DNA from: Candidatus Dojkabacteria bacterium
Lineage (GTDB): Bacteria > Patescibacteriota > Dojkabacteria > J137
Length of the DNA: 64,000 nucleotides
Assembly (NCBI GenBank): GCA_030834985.1
Contig: JAUQWV010000006.1
Span: forward strand, 140,168 to 204,167
Direction of reading: 5' to 3'
Positions 58,965-64,000 of this stretch are shown here, piece after piece (position 1 is the stretch's first letter; every line of letters begins with the position of its first letter). A model generated the notes under the pieces. It searched no databases. It was not told where the DNA came from and saw nothing but the letters and a program-made list of their open reading frames with translations. The translations under genes were made by a program, and so were the position numbers.

Positions 58965-59768
58965 ATGATATTTGCAATTACAAATCAAAAAGGTGGAGTT
59001 GGAAAAACCACTACTGTTTTAAATTTAGGAGTTTTCTTAGCAATAAAAGGTAAAAGAGTTTTGTTAGTTGATATTGATCCTCAATCGAACTTATCTTCAG
59101 GTTTAGGAATTACCAGAAGTGGTGATCAGGAATTCAAAACAATCTACGAATTACTTGTTAATAGAATTCCATCCAAAGAAGTAGTCAAACAAACAAGAAT
59201 CGAAAATTTAAGCATTATTCCATCTGGTATTGAATTAGCAGGTGCTGAAGTTGAACTTGTAGGTGCACTATCACGCGAAAATATTTTAAAAAAAGCATTA
59301 GAAGAAGTTAAAGATAACTTTGACTACATTTTAATTGACTGCCCTCCTTCACTGGGATTACTTACAATTAATAGTCTTGTTGCTGCAGATCAAGTTGTAA
59401 TACCTGTTCAATCAGAATATTTTGCATTAGAAGGTTTAGGTCAACTTATCAACACAATTACACTCATTCGAGGATCATTAAATCCAACAATGGATATTGG
59501 AGGTGTCATCTTAACTATGTACGATAACAGAACAAATCTAAGTCGTGATGTAGCGGGTGAAATTGAAAAACACTTTGAAACAAAATTGTTTAAAACCGTT
59601 ATTCCAAGGAATATCCGACTGTCAGAAGCGCCATCTCACGGGCTTTCTATCTACGAATATGCAAGAACATCAGCTGGCGGACTAGCCTACGAAAATCTAA
59701 CTGATGAAATTATCGAACGCTTTGATAAATCGATAATGAGACGTCCTAATTTATTGAAATCGTCTTGA
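58965..59768 (+). CDS. parA: Chromosome partitioning ATPase ParA/Soj
   Basis: 267 aa. Deviant Walker A ITNQKGGVGKTTT. Confidence 0.9.
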   Translation: MIFAITNQKGGVGKTTTVLNLGVFLAIKGKRVLLVDIDPQSNLSSGLGITRSGDQEFKTIYELLVNRIPSKEVVKQTRIENLSIIPSGIELAGAEVELVGALSRENILKKALEEVKDNFDYILIDCPPSLGLLTINSLVAADQVVIPVQSEYFALEGLGQLINTITLIRGSLNPTMDIGGVILTMYDNRTNLSRDVAGEIEKHFETKLFKTVIPRNIRLSEAPSHGLSIYEYARTSAGGLAYENLTDEIIERFDKSIMRRPNLLKSS

Positions 59769-59816
59769 AGTAGCAAGTCATTTGTGACAAGATAGTTAAT
59801 AGTTTAATTATTCTTT

Positions 59817-60674
59817 ATGGCAGAAAAAAAATCTGGTTTAGGAAAAGGTTTGTCGGCACTAATCAATGCAAGTGCTATTCCAGATCTATCACAAGGTTTT
59901 ATCCCTAACCTGCCAATCAATTTAATCGTTCCAAATCCCTACCAACCAAGAATTGAGATGAATCCAGAGCACCTGGTTGAGCTGGCAGATTCTATTCGTG
60001 AGCATGGAGTAATCGAACCACTTTTAGTAACTAAAAAAGATGCTAATAGATACGAGTTGATTGCGGGAGAACGAAGGTGGCGAGCTGCAAAGCTAGCCGG
60101 TATGGAGACAGTTCCAGTTGTAAACAAAGAGGCTTCGCCTCAAGAGATGTTGGAACTGGCTATTGTAGAGAATGTGCAGCGAGCTGACTTAAATCCGTTA
60201 GAAGAAGCTTTAGCTTTTCAGCAACTTGTAACAACTTTCAGTATGACTCATGAACAAATCTCAAAGAAAGTTGGACTTTCCAGACCTGCAATTGCTAATA
60301 AAATTAGACTTTTAAGTTTACCAGAAGAGATTAAACGAGGACTTCTAGAAACTAAAATCTCAGAAGGTCATGCAAGAGCACTTTTAGGCTTACATAATCC
60401 AGAAACATTAATTGCTGCATACAAAATAACTATTAGAGATAATTTGTCAGTTAGAGCTGTTGAAGAATTAGTTAGAAGATTAAATATGGGTAAAAAGATA
60501 AAACAGCGAAAAGATATGAGAATTATTGACGAAAAAACTACAGAGATAGAGTCTTCACTAAAAGATAAATTTGGCGGACAAGTTACCTTATCCCGATCGC
60601 AAAAAGGCGGAAAGATTGTTATTCCTTTTAAAAGCGACTCAGAGCTCGATAAAATCATCTCAAAACTTCTTTAA
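59817..60674 (+). CDS. parB: Chromosome partitioning protein ParB/Spo0J
   Basis: 285 aa. ParB box GERRWRAAKLAG. HTH region. C-terminal dimerisation domain. Confidence 0.9.
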   Translation: MAEKKSGLGKGLSALINASAIPDLSQGFIPNLPINLIVPNPYQPRIEMNPEHLVELADSIREHGVIEPLLVTKKDANRYELIAGERRWRAAKLAGMETVPVVNKEASPQEMLELAIVENVQRADLNPLEEALAFQQLVTTFSMTHEQISKKVGLSRPAIANKIRLLSLPEEIKRGLLETKISEGHARALLGLHNPETLIAAYKITIRDNLSVRAVEELVRRLNMGKKIKQRKDMRIIDEKTTEIESSLKDKFGGQVTLSRSQKGGKIVIPFKSDSELDKIISKLL

Positions 60675-60718
60675 AAGCTCGTTTAGTAGTAAAATTTCCC
60701 TGTTTATACTAATTTGAT

Positions 60719-61942
60719 ATGCCAAGAGTTTTAATATCTGCCGCACACACTCTAGAAAATCCAGGCGAGGTTTTTGGAGATCTTCGAGAAGCAGATCTAA
60801 CAAGAAAAATACTAAAAAAAACTATTCCCTATCTTGAAGCACATAAAATTGAATTTCAGGCTGTGCCATTAGACTTACAGCTGCTTAAACGAATTGATTG
60901 GATTGCTCAAACCGGTTACTCCAGAGAGCAAGGAGATATTTTTGTTGAAATTCATGTTAATGACGGTGGCAAACGCGGTGTTGAAGGCTGGTTTGAAGGC
61001 AAAGGCTCCCCAGATAACAATTCTCAAAAGCTAGCTGAAACTATAGTAAACGGTATCTGTAAACAAACAGGATACGCTAACAATGGTATTAGAAGTGAGT
61101 TCGAGCATGAGCTTGGATCACTTATTATTCTAGATCAAATCAATCCTATTGGAACATTAGTTGAATGCTTGTATATAGATAATCCTGAAGATATTGTAAT
61201 TTTAAAAGATGAAACAAAGCTTGACGATCTGGCCAAAGCAATTGCAGATGCAATAAATGATTACATTAAAAATGTAGCTCCCACACTTAAATATGCAGAA
61301 AAAGCTAGGCCGAAAGGCATGCCATTTCCAGGCGGATTTTCTTCGCCTATAGCCAAAAATGTAGCGCCTTTAAATCCGCCTGCAAGCCCATTCATACAGT
61401 CACACCAAGCAGCTTCTTCCCCTTTTAATCCAGCAGGCGCACAAAAGCCTGTTTTAATGGATCGTGAGGAACGAAAAGAAATGATCAAAAAAATCTACCA
61501 AAAAGTTTTGAATAAAGAACCTAGTCAAAATGACTTAAATTACCACTTAAACACTGGTGTAACAGAAGCTGAGTTAATTAAAAAGCTTGTTGAAGGTCCA
61601 GATCACGAAAAAATCTTACAAGATGCAAAAGAATTTAAGGAATTAAGCATCAAAGTTCAAAAACTTGAAATAGAAGCTAGTCAATTAAGGGCGAGCCAGT
61701 CTGATGCCCAAGTAATGCAGGAAAGTATGAACCGCCTTTTAGAATACAAAAATATGCTGATATCTCGGCTCGCCCAGGAACTTGCTAATCACGGCATAGT
61801 AGTTCATGGGGCACATATTGATTCTATAGAAGCCCAAAAAAGTAAAAACTCTTCTCCACTCCAAATCGCCACCGAGCGCCCTGAGAGCAAAAAAGTAAAA
61901 AAAGGTATAGTAGATACCATAATGGACATCTTCAAGCTATAA
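60719..61942 (+). CDS. N-acetylmuramoyl-L-alanine amidase-like protein (Amidase_3/CwlD-like N-domain plus Pro-rich linker and coiled-coil C-domain)
   Basis: 407 aa. The N-terminal ~200 aa follow the Amidase_3 pattern (VLISAAHTLENPG...EIHVNDGG...LVECLYIDNPED), but the canonical AGHGG is AAH here. The C-terminal half is Pro-rich then coiled-coil. Confidence 0.55.
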   Translation: MPRVLISAAHTLENPGEVFGDLREADLTRKILKKTIPYLEAHKIEFQAVPLDLQLLKRIDWIAQTGYSREQGDIFVEIHVNDGGKRGVEGWFEGKGSPDNNSQKLAETIVNGICKQTGYANNGIRSEFEHELGSLIILDQINPIGTLVECLYIDNPEDIVILKDETKLDDLAKAIADAINDYIKNVAPTLKYAEKARPKGMPFPGGFSSPIAKNVAPLNPPASPFIQSHQAASSPFNPAGAQKPVLMDREERKEMIKKIYQKVLNKEPSQNDLNYHLNTGVTEAELIKKLVEGPDHEKILQDAKEFKELSIKVQKLEIEASQLRASQSDAQVMQESMNRLLEYKNMLISRLAQELANHGIVVHGAHIDSIEAQKSKNSSPLQIATERPESKKVKKGIVDTIMDIFKL

Positions 61943-62155
61943 GCCCCCAAATATCTCAAAATTAGGGTATAATTACACTTAGTAGTTCAAAAAATTACTG
62001 AAAGTTTGCTTAATGAACCATTTTATTTACAAATGTACAAATTACTTAAGTTGAAATATATAACTTCCTTGTATATTAGCGTTTCTAGCAATCGCTTAAG
62101 TCCGCATACTTTCAGATAATCTTTACTACAAAGATTAATTTTAATTTATACATTT

Positions 62156-63733
62156 ATGGACACAGCATTATTGCTTGTTTTTGCAATATTGTTAGTGCTA
62201 GCTACCCTATTCGGTGCTGTTGCCGTTTACTTCTTTACGCAAGTTAAAAAAGTAAAAGAGGACGCAAAAAAACAAGTAGAAGAAGCCATTCAAAAAGGAA
62301 AAGCAATGGCTGATTTAACTGAAGAACAGGCAATCGAAAAAGCTAGTCAAATTGCAAAAAACAAACTGTTAGAAGCAGAAAAAAGGGCCCTAGAGCTAGA
62401 AGGTCAAGCTCAAGCTACTGCTCGTGATGTCAGAGAAAAACTGAAAGAGCAAGAAAGGATCTTAGATGATCGTGAAAGAAATCTTTTAAGCCGATCTAAA
62501 AGTATCGATGAACGTGCAAACGCAATCGAACAAAAAGAAAGAAGTCTTGAACAAGCTAAAAGAGATGTAACAAAAGTTCGGGAAGAACTAGGCGTTAAAC
62601 TTCAGCAGATTGCAGGATTAACAAAACAAGAAGCAGAAGCACAGCTAAAAAGCCAGGTCGAAAAAGATATGCAAGACTGGTATGCCAAACGAATCAGAGA
62701 GGCAGAAGATCAGGTAAAAATGAGTTCCGACGAAATCTCTAAAGAGATCTTAGTTGAAACTATGGTTAATAGTGCAACTGACTATGTTGTAGAAACTACA
62801 ACTACAACCTTTACAATTGACGATGAAGCAATGAAAGGTAAGATTATTGGTAAAGATGGAAGAAATATTCGAACTTTCGAAAAACTAACTGGGGTTGATT
62901 TAATTGTTGACGAAGCACCTAACCAAGTTACCCTATCCTGCTTTGATCCAATCAGAAGAGAAGTTGGCGCGTTAGCACTTAAAAAGCTGCTTGAAGATGG
63001 AAGAGTTCACCCAGGTTCTATTGAAGAAACTGTAGAAAAAGTTAAAAAAGATGTTCTAAAAGTTATAAAAAAGACCGGAGAAGATATCGCTTACGAAACT
63101 GGATTTAACAATTTACCTAGCGAAATCATTATGCTTTTAGGTAGATTTAAATACAGATTCAGTTTTGGCCAGAACTTAGTAAAGCATACCCTTGAGATGG
63201 TTAAAATCGGTGAATCTTTAGCTATTGAAATGGGAGCTGATGTAGAAACTACCAAACTAGCCTGCTTACTACACGATATCGGGAAAGTAGCACCTGAAGA
63301 AGGCAAGCAACATCACCATATATCTGGCGAAATCGCTCGAAAATACTTTAAGAATAACGATAGACTTTTCAATGCCATTGAAGCTCATCACTACGATATT
63401 GAATCTAAATATATTGAAGCTGAACTTGTAAGAATTGCAGATGCAATTAGTGGAGCAAGACCAGGTGCACGAAGAGACTCGTATGAAGAATATATTAAAA
63501 GAGTTAGAGCCTTAGAAGATATTGCAAGAAAACATGGTGGTGTTAAAGAAGCTTACGCTATACATGCAGGCCGTGAGGTTAGAGTTATTGTAAAACCTGA
63601 AGAAGTAAATGACGAAGATACTAAAGTAATGGCACACAAAATTGCAAAAGAGATCGAAGAAACCCAAAATTACCCTGGTGTAATCAAGGTAAATGTAATT
63701 CGAGAACTAAGAGCTACTGAGGAAGCTAAGTAA
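62156..63733 (+). CDS. rny: Ribonuclease Y
   Basis: 525 aa. N-terminal TM. Coiled-coil. KH domain GKIIGKDGRNIRTFEKLTGVDLIVD. HD domain LLHDIGK...HH. Confidence 0.9.
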   Translation: MDTALLLVFAILLVLATLFGAVAVYFFTQVKKVKEDAKKQVEEAIQKGKAMADLTEEQAIEKASQIAKNKLLEAEKRALELEGQAQATARDVREKLKEQERILDDRERNLLSRSKSIDERANAIEQKERSLEQAKRDVTKVREELGVKLQQIAGLTKQEAEAQLKSQVEKDMQDWYAKRIREAEDQVKMSSDEISKEILVETMVNSATDYVVETTTTTFTIDDEAMKGKIIGKDGRNIRTFEKLTGVDLIVDEAPNQVTLSCFDPIRREVGALALKKLLEDGRVHPGSIEETVEKVKKDVLKVIKKTGEDIAYETGFNNLPSEIIMLLGRFKYRFSFGQNLVKHTLEMVKIGESLAIEMGADVETTKLACLLHDIGKVAPEEGKQHHHISGEIARKYFKNNDRLFNAIEAHHYDIESKYIEAELVRIADAISGARPGARRDSYEEYIKRVRALEDIARKHGGVKEAYAIHAGREVRVIVKPEEVNDEDTKVMAHKIAKEIEETQNYPGVIKVNVIRELRATEEAK

Positions 63734-63782
63734 GATAAACAGAAGACCTTAGATCTTTGCAGTTTAATAGATCTAAATCAAT

Positions 63783-63808
63783 AAAGGGCGGCTTTTAAGC
63801 CGCCCTTT
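63783..63808. terminator. Bidirectional hairpin terminator after rny
   Basis: The sequence aaagggcggctt-ttaa-gccgcccttt. Nearly the same stem sequence as the clpC terminator at 3436. Confidence 0.7.
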
Positions 63809-63857
63809 ATTAAATGGTTCTAATGAAACTGAAACTATTCATTCATTAGAGCATTTA

Positions 63858-64000
63858 TTATTCAACATCAAACGTAACAGTTCCTTCTGTTGAATTAATA
63901 TTAGACTCCGGGTTGATTGTAATAGAATTTAATGCCCAAGCATAACCTGGCCCATTAGTATTAAAGTTGGAGCATACCATATTTCCAGTAGTAGGTGATG
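63858..64000 (-). CDS. Partial CDS (3' end only; the gene starts beyond the window), hypothetical
   Basis: The minus-strand frame is open to the window edge and ends ...NFNTNGPGYAWALNSITINPESNINSTEGTVTFDVE* with TAA at 63860..63858. Not in the supplied track. Convergent with rny. Confidence 0.35.
   Translation of the reverse strand, partial: SPTTGNMVCSNFNTNGPGYAWALNSITINPESNINSTEGTVTFDVE

Overview
This is a 64-kb AT-rich, gene-dense bacterial chromosomal segment with about 60 protein genes, mostly on the minus strand up to ~48 kb and on the plus strand afterwards. The evidence is reading of the sequence and of the supplied ORF translations only. No database searches were run.

Housekeeping content:
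- A complete rRNA operon on the minus strand (16S, tRNA-Ile(GAU), tRNA-Ala(UGC), 23S, 5S; 7887..13152).
- Seven further tRNAs: Arg-CCU, two CAU tRNAs (one with initiator-type C1xA72), Ile-UAU, Asn-GUU, plus the two spacer tRNAs.
- A tmRNA candidate on the minus strand (47607..48067).
- rho, clpC, rpsA, polA, ftsH, smpB, groES/groEL, rplY, yidC, comFC, ruvX, mltG, dsbB-like, lexA, fmt, ileS, lepB, parA/parB, an Amidase_3-like gene and rny.

Most unusual region (19.9-37.4 kb):
- A tyrosine recombinase gene.
- A tRNA-Ile(UAU) gene sitting at the exact centre of a symmetric nest of its own 5'- and 3'-half copies bounded by perfect 18-bp inverted repeats (21747..22015).
- Immediately next to it, a ~15-kb minus-strand type-IV-secretion-like locus. 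It holds a VirB4/VirD4-superfamily ATPase, six tandem paralogous two-helix VirB2/TrbC-like 'pilin' genes with an internal terminator, several membrane proteins, and a double-AAA+ Clp/Hsp100-type ATPase that carries an N-terminal transmembrane anchor instead of a Clp_N domain.

Other oddities:
- A stand-alone Lon AAA+ module without a protease domain.
- A GC-rich His/Asp-rich mini-ORF beside a CIRCE-like element.
- A 13-nt perfect anti-16S-3'-end (Shine-Dalgarno-complementary) element with a mini-ORF between the 5S gene and rpsA.

The compact gene set, low GC and T4SS-like locus are compatible with a reduced-genome (CPR/Saccharibacteria-like) bacterium. That taxonomic placement is inference only.
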